17,220 nucleotides of DNA from a virus. Taxonomy: Duplodnaviria > Heunggongvirae > Uroviricota > Caudoviricetes. The notes below the pieces were generated by a model. That model had not been told where the DNA came from, did no database searches, and was given only the letters and a program-made list of their open reading frames with translations. A program made the translations under genes and the position numbers. This document shows positions 1 to 7,663 of the stretch, one piece after another. The DNA lies in IMG/VR virus record IMGVR_UViG_2609460354_000003. One strand, 5' to 3'. How positions within the stretch are numbered: the first letter of the stretch is position 1; the number at the start of each line of letters is the position of its first letter.

Positions 1-634
1 GCTGGCAGTCTCTGATAACAGGCATACCACGTTTTACCGACTCTTCACGATGAATGGCGACACCACGTCCACGGCAATCCTTACAGGCGGTGGAAACCTC
101 ACCCTTTCCGCCACACTCCGGACAGGCAACTTTTACCACCTCCCTGACTTTTTTCCATTCTTCCCAGTAAGACGGATACACACCTTTCGTACACTTTGCC
201 CATACCGGCGGCTTACCATCCGGATACTGGACCTTGTTTGTAAAAACTACGCTTTCAATAAATTTTTCCCCATAGCAACAAGGGCACTGCTTTTTACTCG
301 CTGCGCTGCGGGCATAATCCTCAAAAGCGTACGAAGCCATAATGCGCATCACTACCGGTTTTATTTCTGCCGGGAGTTTTCTTAACGCCGCCACGCGATC
401 ACACCGACTGAGTGCATATTCTGTCAGCAATTCTGTTGCCCGCTCTCTGTCATTCATACTAATGCCCATTTTCCCAAGGAACGCAGAAAACCCCATCTCA
501 GCCCGATTCTGTGTCATGCCCTGCGCGGCCATCACATCAGTGATACTCAGCGCATCTTTCGACGTTGAGGCCGATGCATCAGTCAGGCCGGGGGATTTTG
601 GGGAGTAGTATTTCGGTAAATCTTCCAGTTTCAT
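1..634 (-). CDS. Putative late antiterminator Q-like protein; N-terminal part only, gene continues past window start
   Basis: Minus-strand ATG at 634..632 overlaps the rusA stop (ATGA). Hand translation gives MKLEDLPKYYSPKSPGLTDASAS... with two CxxCxGxG zinc motifs (CPECGGKG, CKDCRGRG) and no stop before position 1. Sits directly after rusA, as Q does in nin regions. Family assignment is from memory, not computed. Confidence 0.5.
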   Translation of the reverse strand, partial: MKLEDLPKYYSPKSPGLTDASASTSKDALSITDVMAAQGMTQNRAEMGFSAFLGKMGISMNDRERATELLTEYALSRCDRVAALRKLPAEIKPVVMRIMASYAFEDYARSAASKKQCPCCYGEKFIESVVFTNKVQYPDGKPPVWAKCTKGVYPSYWEEWKKVREVVKVACPECGGKGEVSTACKDCRGRGVAIHREESVKRGMPVIRDCQ

Positions 635-1005
635 TTTTTGACCTGCCCTTCAAGCATTATGGGGTAAATCTTCACCCCCAGACGTCCACCAGATACTGGC
701 TGACCACGAACGATATTGATTTCATCAAACTGCTCATCGTCCATTAACACTCCCGCATGCGTCAGCGCATCCAGCGGTGCTTTCAGGATATTGTCCAGGT
801 CGCGACGACGCTTATCCGGTGGCTCTGCAATCACCTTTATCGCCAGCCTTCCGGACAGGCTTAATTTCAGCCGCTGCTGGCGAACAATAAGCGCCACAGC
901 CCGGCGATAACGCTTTCCCTCCTCCGAGATAAAATATGTGCTGCCACGGCGTCGCCAGTAAGTGTTCACCGTCGGCGGGTAAGGTAAAACCAAATCTATG
1001 AGCAT
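631..1005 (-). CDS. rusA: RusA-family Holliday junction resolvase
   Basis: 124-aa ORF with LPYPPTVNTYW and RRRDLDNILKAPLDAL motifs typical of RusA. Confidence 0.88.
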   Translation of the reverse strand: MLIDLVLPYPPTVNTYWRRRGSTYFISEEGKRYRRAVALIVRQQRLKLSLSGRLAIKVIAEPPDKRRRDLDNILKAPLDALTHAGVLMDDEQFDEINIVRGQPVSGGRLGVKIYPIMLEGQVKK

Positions 1006-1017
1006 CAGTCACCTCTT

Positions 1018-2064
1018 TTACCCAAGCACGCCAGTTGCAAAGGCGTGATCAAGAAAACGAAAAATTAAATCAACCTGAGAACCATGCTTTTCTTCGAACG
1101 CCAGAGGATCCGCATGAAGCTCGTTGTGATGCTCCCGACACAGCGGTAGCGTGAAAATATCGTGAGATTTTGTCCCCATTCCGCCCTGACCATGACCAAT
1201 CAGGTGATGGGGATCGTCGGCTGGCTTACCACAACACGCACACGGCTGTGTCTTCACCCAGCGTGTGTATTTCTCGTTAACCCAGCGGCGACGTTTAGGT
1301 CGTTTCATGAAAGATTCCGGAGACTCAGGATCAACGGCAATGCTGACCACCGTCTCTTCCTGTGGCGGGGTTTGCTGGTGGGCGTGAGGCAGCGGCGCAA
1401 GATTTTTTGTGCGCTGCTTCAGTATGCTGGTGGCGGTCTGCTCTCCCGGTACGATGTCGCTTTCACGGTACATTGAGCGGATTTTTTCCGCACGCAACCC
1501 CAGCGAACGACGTAATACCGCTTCCGGTAGCGCGTCCGCCACCTGATTGCGGACCGCCCACCAGGATAATTCAGCCAGCGATAATTCCCGTTCCTGCGAG
1601 CCATTCATTGCATGGCGTATGACGTCAATCATCCATGCAGACAGGTTTTGGTGAGCAAGTTGCCCGAGTGATTCGGAGGTCTGGTCGCGCAGCTGGTTGT
1701 CGCAGTGCCAGCACAACACCATTGCGCCGGTACCATAACGGTGAATGACGGTTTCACTGTGGTGATAATCGCCGTGTGGCCACTGGCAGGATTTAACATG
1801 GCGCAGTAACCAGTCAGACAATGCGCCAGCGCCACCAGCAGCACGAATCACTCGTTCGTCGCTGAAAAATGGCAGTAATGATTTATCCTCCGCCAGCGGC
1901 TGGCGAACGGCAGGAACGACCCCGGACGGCAGATTACGCATGCTTTTCGGTTCCGGCTCCACCAGTACCCGGGTATTGTGGAATACCGGCATGGATTCAC
2001 GGCCCGGCTTAACGATCACCAGCCCGAGTTCCGGTACCAGAACAGGTCGAAGTAATACCCGCAC
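1018..2064 (-). CDS. DUF968-like phage protein with C-terminal HNH-like Cys/His motif (YdfU-like)
   Basis: 348-aa ORF with GTG start preceded by GGAGG. C-terminus CACCGKPADDPHHLIGHG...CREHHNELH resembles an HNH zinc motif. Family name from memory. Confidence 0.55.
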   Translation of the reverse strand: MRVLLRPVLVPELGLVIVKPGRESMPVFHNTRVLVEPEPKSMRNLPSGVVPAVRQPLAEDKSLLPFFSDERVIRAAGGAGALSDWLLRHVKSCQWPHGDYHHSETVIHRYGTGAMVLCWHCDNQLRDQTSESLGQLAHQNLSAWMIDVIRHAMNGSQERELSLAELSWWAVRNQVADALPEAVLRRSLGLRAEKIRSMYRESDIVPGEQTATSILKQRTKNLAPLPHAHQQTPPQEETVVSIAVDPESPESFMKRPKRRRWVNEKYTRWVKTQPCACCGKPADDPHHLIGHGQGGMGTKSHDIFTLPLCREHHNELHADPLAFEEKHGSQVDLIFRFLDHAFATGVLG

Positions 2065-2065
2065 G

Positions 2066-2449
2066 TTACCTCCAGATGCGTTGCTGGAATGTGCGGGACG
2101 GACGCCTGACGGAGATTATCCAGTGACGATAATCGAGGCTGAGGGCTTTCTTAATCTCGTATCCGTGTCTGCGGTAGCACTGAATTAGCCACTCGGCCTG
2201 TTCTTCAGTGCATGGGGGATGCTGGAACCAGTCAGATTTGAAAGTGCGGGAACGCCGCCCGTGCCTGCTGGCAGGGGCGGCAGAGTTATCCGAATTGTAA
2301 AATTTGGTATCGTGCGCCATCTGTTTTCTCTGCTGGCGCAGCAGGTGCCAGTTGTTCAGGCTGACGGATGGATTGTAAACCAGAACGACCAGAAAAAACA
2401 AAACCCGCCGAAGCGGGTTAAGTGCGGGTGCGTTGAGGATGCCTGACAC
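2066..2449 (-). CDS. Hypothetical small protein between DUF968 gene and hok (Rem-like by position); true start may be ATG at 2320 (84 aa)
   Basis: ORF-track frame. No convincing SD at 2449. Internal ATG at 2320 would give MAHDTKFYNSD... Basic protein, function unknown. Confidence 0.4.
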   Translation of the reverse strand: MSGILNAPALNPLRRVLFFLVVLVYNPSVSLNNWHLLRQQRKQMAHDTKFYNSDNSAAPASRHGRRSRTFKSDWFQHPPCTEEQAEWLIQCYRRHGYEIKKALSLDYRHWIISVRRPSRTFQQRIWR

Positions 2450-2487
2450 ATCAGCGGTGGCGAGGGATTTCTCCCCCGCCGGGTCTC

Positions 2488-2643
2488 TTACTCCTCAGGT
2501 TCGTAAGCTGTGAAGACAGCGACCTCCGTCTGGCCGGTTCGGATTCGTACCTCGCAGAGGTCTTTCCTCGTTACCAGTGCCGTCACTATGACGGTTAAAC
2601 AGATGACGATCAGGGCGATTAACATCGCCTTTTGCTGCTTCAT
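2488..2643 (-). CDS. hokD: Hok/Gef-family type I toxin (HokD/RelF-like), 51 aa
   Basis: Hand translation from ATG 2643: MKQQKAMLIALIVICLTVIVTALVTRKDLCEVRIRTGQTEVAVFTAYEPEE, stop TAA at 2488-2490. AAGGAGAAG SD upstream. Below the 60-aa cutoff of the ORF track. Matches HokD/RelF as recalled. Confidence 0.85.
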   Translation of the reverse strand: MKQQKAMLIALIVICLTVIVTALVTRKDLCEVRIRTGQTEVAVFTAYEPEE

Positions 2644-2901
2644 AGCCTGCTTCTCCTTGACCTTTCGGTCCGTAAGAGGCTAATCTCTATGTGTCGCATA
2701 GATATGGCCTCAGATTAATGTTAAGCGTCTTGCAGGACGCGTAATGTTAACTGGGGCTTTTCTCTATCTGCCTTTTGGTGTTCATGCCTGAGACAGATAG
2801 CCTCAAGCACCCGCAGTCATTCTACTTAACTAAGATTTCCCCGCAAACCGTTTTTGTCCGGCACAGTAAATATCCAACTAAACCAATGGCGTTCGCTGTA
2901 T

Positions 2902-3081
2902 TTACCGCCAGTATTCAATGCACATGACCGCCATGAACACCCCTAAAAAAAGGGCATTTATATATCCAAATATTAATATCAAAACATCAACTTTTTCCAT
3001 ATACCTTGCTGTGAAGATGATGGGCATACATGATACGAACAACCAGAACGCAACAAACAAAAACTGCAATGCGTTTTTCAT
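2902..3081 (-). CDS. Small predicted membrane protein (59 aa, two hydrophobic helices), unknown function
   Basis: Internal ATG at 3081 of the 72-aa ORF is preceded by AGGAGG. Product MKNALQFLFVAFWLFVSCMPIIF...LILIFGYINALFLGVFMAVMCIEYWR is strongly hydrophobic. Lies in an AT-rich island. Confidence 0.4.
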   Translation of the reverse strand: MKNALQFLFVAFWLFVSCMPIIFTARYMEKVDVLILIFGYINALFLGVFMAVMCIEYWR

Positions 3082-3310
3082 TATTCCTCCTACAATCAAT
3101 GTGCAATTACATTTAAACACACCTCAATTTGGCCGGACATATAAATATCTAAACCAGAAAAAATCACTTACATAGCGTTACAAACTCTTTAGTCTAAATA
3201 TTCATCGTAAAACATTCCCCATACTTATCAGCCCGTTCTGCGCCAGGTAGCTCATTGCCTTATCTGGGAATCTGTAATCAGGTTTCCGGATGCTGGTGGA
3301 TTTTCGCGTT

Positions 3311-3568
3311 TTAGTTGTTCATAAAAGTGCACAGCTTTAACCAGTTCTTCTGATGTAACCGGGACTGGCGGGGCAGTGAATAAGGCCTGAATTTCATAGT
3401 TCGGCCTGTCGTTACAATCCTCTTTTTTCGGTACATATTTCCAGTCACCAGACCACTACTTCCCCTGAAAGTCCGTAACGCCTTTTTTTTCACGTAGCGA
3501 TATCGCCATGCCACTGTTTTTGCTTCCCCCGCCGTTTCATGCCCTTCCTGATAATTAACCTCGCTCAT
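3311..3568 (-). CDS. Hypothetical basic protein (85 aa); N-terminus MSEVNYQ resembles Ead-like N-termini
   Basis: ATG 3568 overlaps the stop of the upstream small ORF (ATGA). Contains an A8 homopolymer (3483-3490), but neither a +1 nor a -1 shift there gives a longer frame. Confidence 0.3.
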   Translation of the reverse strand: MSEVNYQEGHETAGEAKTVAWRYRYVKKKALRTFRGSSGLVTGNMYRKKRIVTTGRTMKFRPYSLPRQSRLHQKNWLKLCTFMNN

Positions 3569-3741
3569 TCATCGCCCCACTCATCACAATATGCTTCGAC
3601 CGGAGTTTTTCCTGCTTCATAATCATCACGCCATGCTTCAGCATCAGCAGCACTGCCACCACGTAACTCTGCATAGTCCATTAACAGTTCATGCCATGCT
3701 TCAAAACTGACGTTGTATTTAGTTGAACCAAAATCAGCCAT
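3565..3741 (-). CDS. Hypothetical small acidic protein (58 aa)
   Basis: Hand translation MADFGSTKYNVSFEAWHELLMDYAELRGGSAADAEAWRDDYEAGKTPVEAYCDEWGDE. Coupled to genes on both sides. Below ORF-track size cutoff. Confidence 0.3.
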   Translation of the reverse strand: MADFGSTKYNVSFEAWHELLMDYAELRGGSAADAEAWRDDYEAGKTPVEAYCDEWGDE

Positions 3742-3916
3742 TTTGCTCTTCCTCTTCGTCTTTTATTTCGTGATATGAGTAATTGCAGTAGTTAAAGAAA
3801 ATATCTTTTGCTTCGTCATGTATTTCATCAGGCGTCGCATCATCATCCACTTCGAATTCATCCTCGAAATCTCCACCGGCTATTCCCGTTTCAATAATTA
3901 TTTTAAACTTTCGCAT
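3734..3916 (-). CDS. Hypothetical small acidic protein (60 aa)
   Basis: ORF-track ORF, very acidic (DFEDEFEVDDD, KDEEEEQ). AGGAGG plus a GC hairpin lie upstream. Confidence 0.35.
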   Translation of the reverse strand: MRKFKIIIETGIAGGDFEDEFEVDDDATPDEIHDEAKDIFFNYCNYSYHEIKDEEEEQNG

Positions 3917-4009
3917 TTAACTACCGCCCTTTCGGGCGGCCTCCTGATGTTCTGATGGTGCAGAAATCCCTCCGGTTAAGGATTAAATTTTTAACAGAGC
4001 TAAATTTAA

Positions 4010-4366
4010 TTATTCAGTTCTGGATTTTGTCGCCCTGCGTATCCGCGCTTTCGCGTTACGCTCAATCTGAATTAGCTTTTCTATATTTTTTCGCCTTTCC
4101 CGCTCCTCCTGGCGCAAGTGCCTTACATCATCTGCCAGTCTGGTTTCTCTTTTCGCCACAGAGAGCATCCAGTCAAATGGTTCCACAACTGCACCGCAGA
4201 TTTTACAGCGGACCTGACGCTCTTTTTCGTCAACCCGGACAGAGGCGTGATGACAATATGGTCTTTCCGATGGCTCATAAAGAAAATTAACCTGATTACG
4301 AGGGTCATCCTCTTTTACCGGAAATAAAACGATATTGCTTAACTCATCCTCTGGTTTTATTTCCAT
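4010..4366 (-). CDS. Hypothetical protein with putative zinc ribbon and basic C-terminal helix (118 aa)
   Basis: Start moved to ATG 4366 (GGAGAGGAG SD) within ORF 4010..4423. Motif CHHASVRVDEKERQVRCKICG, then an Arg/Glu-rich tail. Confidence 0.45.
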   Translation of the reverse strand: MEIKPEDELSNIVLFPVKEDDPRNQVNFLYEPSERPYCHHASVRVDEKERQVRCKICGAVVEPFDWMLSVAKRETRLADDVRHLRQEERERRKNIEKLIQIERNAKARIRRATKSRTE

Positions 4367-4487
4367 GCTCCTCTCCTTTGATGCGAATGCCAGCGGTAAT
4401 TGAAGCCTGATAGCTAATTTCACTCACAGTACCGCCTCCTGAAAATTTAATGAACAATTCAATACGTTCTTTGGTAATAGTGGTCAT
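4344..4487 (-). CDS. Small ORF (47 aa), likely recombination-derived chimera
   Basis: TAAGGAGTAACAC-ATG context. N-terminus MTTITKER resembles MITITKGR of gene 4763..5170. C-terminus ITAGIRIKGE matches the C-terminus of Ead-like gene 5684..6433. Confidence 0.3.
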   Translation of the reverse strand: MTTITKERIELFIKFSGGGTVSEISYQASITAGIRIKGEEHGNKTRG

Positions 4488-4497
4488 GTGTTACTCC

Positions 4498-4761
4498 TTA
4501 ACCCGCAGTGCTTTCAACTGATGAGGGGAACAAAATCTTTTCATCAAACCCTGCATTCATATCATGAACAGCAACACACCAATCCATCGACGAACGATTA
4601 TCAAGAGCCTCCATGATTTCATCCATGCGGCGCAGGTCATACAGGTAAATGCTTTTATCGCCAATGGTGTAAAAACCAATTTTTTTCGGTGATGGGCAGC
4701 GATCAAGAACGTCCTGTAATTCGTTCAACCATGCCCGTTCTTTTTTTGTTAAAGTTGCCAT
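4498..4761 (-). CDS. Hypothetical protein (87 aa)
   Basis: Start at ATG 4761 with AAAGGAGAG SD within ORF 4498..4821. No recognisable motif. Confidence 0.5.
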   Translation of the reverse strand: MATLTKKERAWLNELQDVLDRCPSPKKIGFYTIGDKSIYLYDLRRMDEIMEALDNRSSMDWCVAVHDMNAGFDEKILFPSSVESTAG

Positions 4762-4762
4762 A

Positions 4763-5170
4763 TCACTCTCCTTTCCCATGAAGCATAGCGGCGCGGCAGG
4801 CGTTCCATATTTCGGCAGCAATATCGCGCTCGCTATCGGTTAATTTGTACGTGGAAACATAGCCAGAGAGCATTTCTACGTTTTCCGGAGTTGCTTCTTC
4901 CGGCACTATCGGCGCTGGAGGGGCGGCAAATAGATATCCGCCAAAGTCAGGAAGCTCTCCAATGGCCTGTACGAACTTTTGTTTGCCTACGTCAACTCCT
5001 AATGGGTAATGAGCTATAATCTTTGCCACCGGCTCTGCTTCCAGCGATACCAGTGCAATTCGTGCCAGTTCTTCCGCTTCTTCTGCTGGCAGTACAACGT
5101 TGCTACCCGGTCCGTATGTTTCGCGCCACTGCTTGATTGTCAGCAGTCGCCCTTTGGTAATAGTGATCAT
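4763..5170 (-). CDS. Hypothetical protein (135 aa)
   Basis: ATG 5170 overlaps upstream stop (ATGA); AAGGAA SD. Confidence 0.55.
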   Translation of the reverse strand: MITITKGRLLTIKQWRETYGPGSNVVLPAEEAEELARIALVSLEAEPVAKIIAHYPLGVDVGKQKFVQAIGELPDFGGYLFAAPPAPIVPEEATPENVEMLSGYVSTYKLTDSERDIAAEIWNACRAAMLHGKGE

Positions 5171-5682
5171 GCCGCGTTTCCTTCTTTCTTATTAACAATC
5201 ACACCGTCATATATTTCATTAAGGTGCCCTCTCAACTCCATGCGCCTTAATGCAGATAACATGTAATCGCATTCAACCTGCTTATTCCCAGTAAATGGCT
5301 TATCGTCAGGATTACCCCAACAGCAATTACCCCTGGGCCATCCATGTACTTTCCGTACTCTTCCGTTAACAACGTGAAGTAATCCCCAGCCGGGAGGTAA
5401 ATCCTCAACTGAAATAATTTCCGGCTCACTAATAAAGAATCGCCAGTCGCCCATGCCAAGTGAGGGATTTTTACGGAAACGCTTTTTTCTATCTGCCAAC
5501 AAGTCAGCACGAGAACACTTCGCCTCTATCAGGCATGATGCTGAATTTCTGAATCCCATAGCATCTGGCTGTTCTCCGGTACTGGTTACAGCAACAAAGC
5601 GGTCATGAAAGCAAACCTTGAACCCGTTGCGCTTAAGGAACTTGTACGCAATCTGACAGAGTTCGCGGTGTGTTAACGCCAT
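5167..5682 (-). CDS. Hypothetical protein with possible PD-(D/E)xK nuclease-like motif (171 aa)
   Basis: AGGAGAG SD, ATGA coupling. Motif ...DAMGF...CLIEAKCSRAD fits the D...ExK pattern; functional call is tentative. Confidence 0.5.
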   Translation of the reverse strand: MALTHRELCQIAYKFLKRNGFKVCFHDRFVAVTSTGEQPDAMGFRNSASCLIEAKCSRADLLADRKKRFRKNPSLGMGDWRFFISEPEIISVEDLPPGWGLLHVVNGRVRKVHGWPRGNCCWGNPDDKPFTGNKQVECDYMLSALRRMELRGHLNEIYDGVIVNKKEGNAA

Positions 5683-5683
5683 A

Positions 5684-6433
5684 TCACTCTCCTTTGATGC
5701 GAATGCCAGCGGCGCGGATTGCAGCGATGACTTCAGAAACTTTGTATGCCATTACCGTTTGGTAATCATCGTGAAAATCTGTTCGATGAAGCATGCTGCT
5801 ACGTTCCGGGAGCGATATTTCCCGAGCATCCAGTTCCTTAACGCGTTCCTCCAGTTCGTAGACCCTGCATTGTTCTCTATCATCAATCAGATATAACCCA
5901 AGACATTCGCTTTCTACCCAACCGCCAAAATCATGATCGTAACGCTCACATGAAAACTCACCGTCACCGTCCTTTGTTGGAATGGTGTAACTATCTAATG
6001 GGCCACCATATGTCGGCACATTCCCCAATGTTGGATGCTCAATCCACATGAAAAATGCACGTCCGGTTATTGGGCAAATATCTGGCCGCCATTGGTTACG
6101 AACAGCCTTGGTTTCGGATAATTCTTCAGCGTGTTGTTTTACTTCCTCAAGCTCAACTCTCAGCTTCCCTACCGTTAGCGCAATATCCTCGTTCTCCTGG
6201 TCGCGGCGTTTGATGTATTGCTGGTTCCTTTCCCGTTCATCCAGTAGTGCCAGCACGGTTTCTGGTCCGGTCAGAAATTTGAAGGCATTGAGCGCATCAA
6301 TATCCACACCGTAATCTTTAAGTTCCTGTTCACTTAACAAATCATCATCAGTTGGCAACATTAACAGGCGTTCCATTGCTGGAATTGCACGTTCTGCTGC
6401 CTCACGCAGTGCCTGGTAATTAATTTCGCTCAC
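5684..6433 (-). CDS. Ead/Ea22-like early-region protein (249 aa)
   Basis: N-terminus MSEINYQALREAAERA, acidic coiled-coil middle, position in early-left b-region. Family assigned from memory. Confidence 0.6.
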   Translation of the reverse strand: MSEINYQALREAAERAIPAMERLLMLPTDDDLLSEQELKDYGVDIDALNAFKFLTGPETVLALLDERERNQQYIKRRDQENEDIALTVGKLRVELEEVKQHAEELSETKAVRNQWRPDICPITGRAFFMWIEHPTLGNVPTYGGPLDSYTIPTKDGDGEFSCERYDHDFGGWVESECLGLYLIDDREQCRVYELEERVKELDAREISLPERSSMLHRTDFHDDYQTVMAYKVSEVIAAIRAAGIRIKGE

Positions 6434-6873
6434 TGGTTGCCTCCTTTGCGAAGCTCTGCGGCTAAATACTCCAACGCCATTACCGGGACGCCAACAAGCA
6501 CAGTTCCTTTAAACTTCTTATGCAGGTGCTCGATAGCTGTATCCACGCCCTGCGCCCGTACTTCAGCCAGGAAAGCATCGGTGGCCGGAGTTTCAGGAAT
6601 CCGTCTCCTCATCAGTTCTATTGCATGATTGAACCCGAAATCTTCAGCAAGAGATACGTCATCCATATTGTCATTGTCGTCCTCAATATCCCGTGGTTCT
6701 GGAATTGCAGACTTTATTACCGCATTCTCCGCCGCCAGCGCCGCGCACTTGGCCTCAAGAGCGGCAACCACTTCCTGATGGTCTTTGTACTTAACGTATG
6801 AGCCGGAGATGTCATCACCTTCGGTGTTTAGCCATGCGTCATTGCAATTCACTGCGTAGGTTCTGATGCTCAT
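6430..6873 (-). CDS. Hypothetical early-region protein (147 aa from ATG 6873)
   Basis: ATG 6873 has GGGAGAG SD and ATGA coupling to upstream ORF. Acidic segment EDDNDNMDD. Confidence 0.5.
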   Translation of the reverse strand: MSIRTYAVNCNDAWLNTEGDDISGSYVKYKDHQEVVAALEAKCAALAAENAVIKSAIPEPRDIEDDNDNMDDVSLAEDFGFNHAIELMRRRIPETPATDAFLAEVRAQGVDTAIEHLHKKFKGTVLVGVPVMALEYLAAELRKGGNQ

Positions 6874-7055
6874 GTTGATGCTCTCCCGCCCCTGACAGAC
6901 GCCAGGCCAGTCAATAAAGTATCCGCACAATGCCTACCCTCAGACGTGCGCGCAGGATAAATGCCGTTATGACCCGGCAAAATATATGCTACCCATTCAT
7001 CTTGCGTTGCCTGTTCCGCCGCCTCACGCAGTGCCTGAGAGTTAATTTCGCTCAC
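6870..7055 (-). pseudogene. Ead-like N-terminal fragment (61-aa ORF), probable recombination remnant
   Basis: First 16 aa MSEINSQALREAAEQA parallel the N-terminus of 5684..6433. Its 5' DNA (7021-7055) is a near repeat of 6399-6433. The rest of the ORF has no protein-like character. Confidence 0.3.
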
Positions 7056-7273
7056 TTCGAACCTCTCTGTTTACTGATAAGTTCCAGATCCTCCTGGCAA
7101 CTTGCACAAGTCCGACAACCCTGAACGGCCAGGCGTCTTCGTTCATCTATCGGATCGCCACACTCACAACAATGAGTGGCAGATATAGCCTGGTGGTTCA
7201 GGCGGCGCATTTTTATTGCTGTATTGCGCTGTAATTCTTCGATTTCTGATGCTGAATCAATGATGTCTGCCAT
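7052..7273 (-). CDS. TraR/DksA-family C4 zinc-finger protein (73 aa)
   Basis: CCECGDPIDERRR...CRTCASC four-Cys motif in a short phage protein. Confidence 0.7.
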   Translation of the reverse strand: MADIIDSASEIEELQRNTAIKMRRLNHQAISATHCCECGDPIDERRRLAVQGCRTCASCQEDLELISKQRGSK

Positions 7274-7323
7274 CTTCCATTAATCCCTGAATTGTTGGTT
7301 AATACGCTTGAGGATGAATGCGA

Positions 7324-7349
7324 ACAATAAAAAAGGAGCCTGTAGCTCC
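7324..7349 (-). terminator. Rho-independent terminator-like hairpin within the early-left operon
   Basis: On the minus strand, GGAGC-tacag-GCTCC is followed by TTTTTTATTG, just after the stop of gene 7372..7587. Confidence 0.55.
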
Positions 7350-7371
7350 CTGATGATTTTGCTTTTCATGT

Positions 7372-7587
7372 TCACCGTTCCTTAAAGACGCCGTTTAACA
7401 TGCCGATCGCCAGGCTTAAATGAGTCGGTGTGAATCCCATCAGCGTTACCGTTTCGCGGTGCTTCTTTAGTACGCTACGGCAAATGTCATCGACGTTTTT
7501 ATCCGGAAACTGCTGTCTGGCTTTTTTGATTTCAGAATTAGCCTGACGGGCAATGCTGCGAAGGGCGTTTTCCTGCTGAGGTGTCAT
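7372..7587 (-). CDS. Hypothetical protein (71 aa from ATG 7587; ORF extends to 7686)
   Basis: ORF-track frame. Internal ATG 7587 avoids overlap with the methylase gene. No known motif. Confidence 0.4.
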   Translation of the reverse strand: MTPQQENALRSIARQANSEIKKARQQFPDKNVDDICRSVLKKHRETVTLMGFTPTHLSLAIGMLNGVFKER

Positions 7588-7663
7588 TGAACAAGTCCCA
7601 TGTCGGCAAGCATAAGCACACAGAATATGAAGCCCGCTGCCAGAAAAATGCATTCCGTGGTTG

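Noticed and set aside
50-747. Plus-strand ORFs 50..385, 342..608 and 565..747
   Set aside because: They lie antisense to the continuous minus-strand Q-like reading frame that is coupled to rusA, and have no SD or recognisable motifs.
1162-1844. ORFs 1162..1476, 1362..1622, 1419..1604 and 1629..1844
   Set aside because: Nested inside or antisense to the 348-aa DUF968/HNH-like gene; Pro/Arg/Cys-rich translations typical of GC-rich off-frame reads.
3483-3490. Homopolymer run as a frameshift site making 3311..3568 a pseudogene
   Set aside because: Neither a +1 nor a -1 shift at the run produces a longer ORF, so the annotated frame was kept at low confidence.
2650-4000. Search for integrase/excisionase at the distal end of the early-left operon
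   Set aside because: No ORF of integrase size or with tyrosine-recombinase motifs (R..HxxR..Y) seen on either strand.
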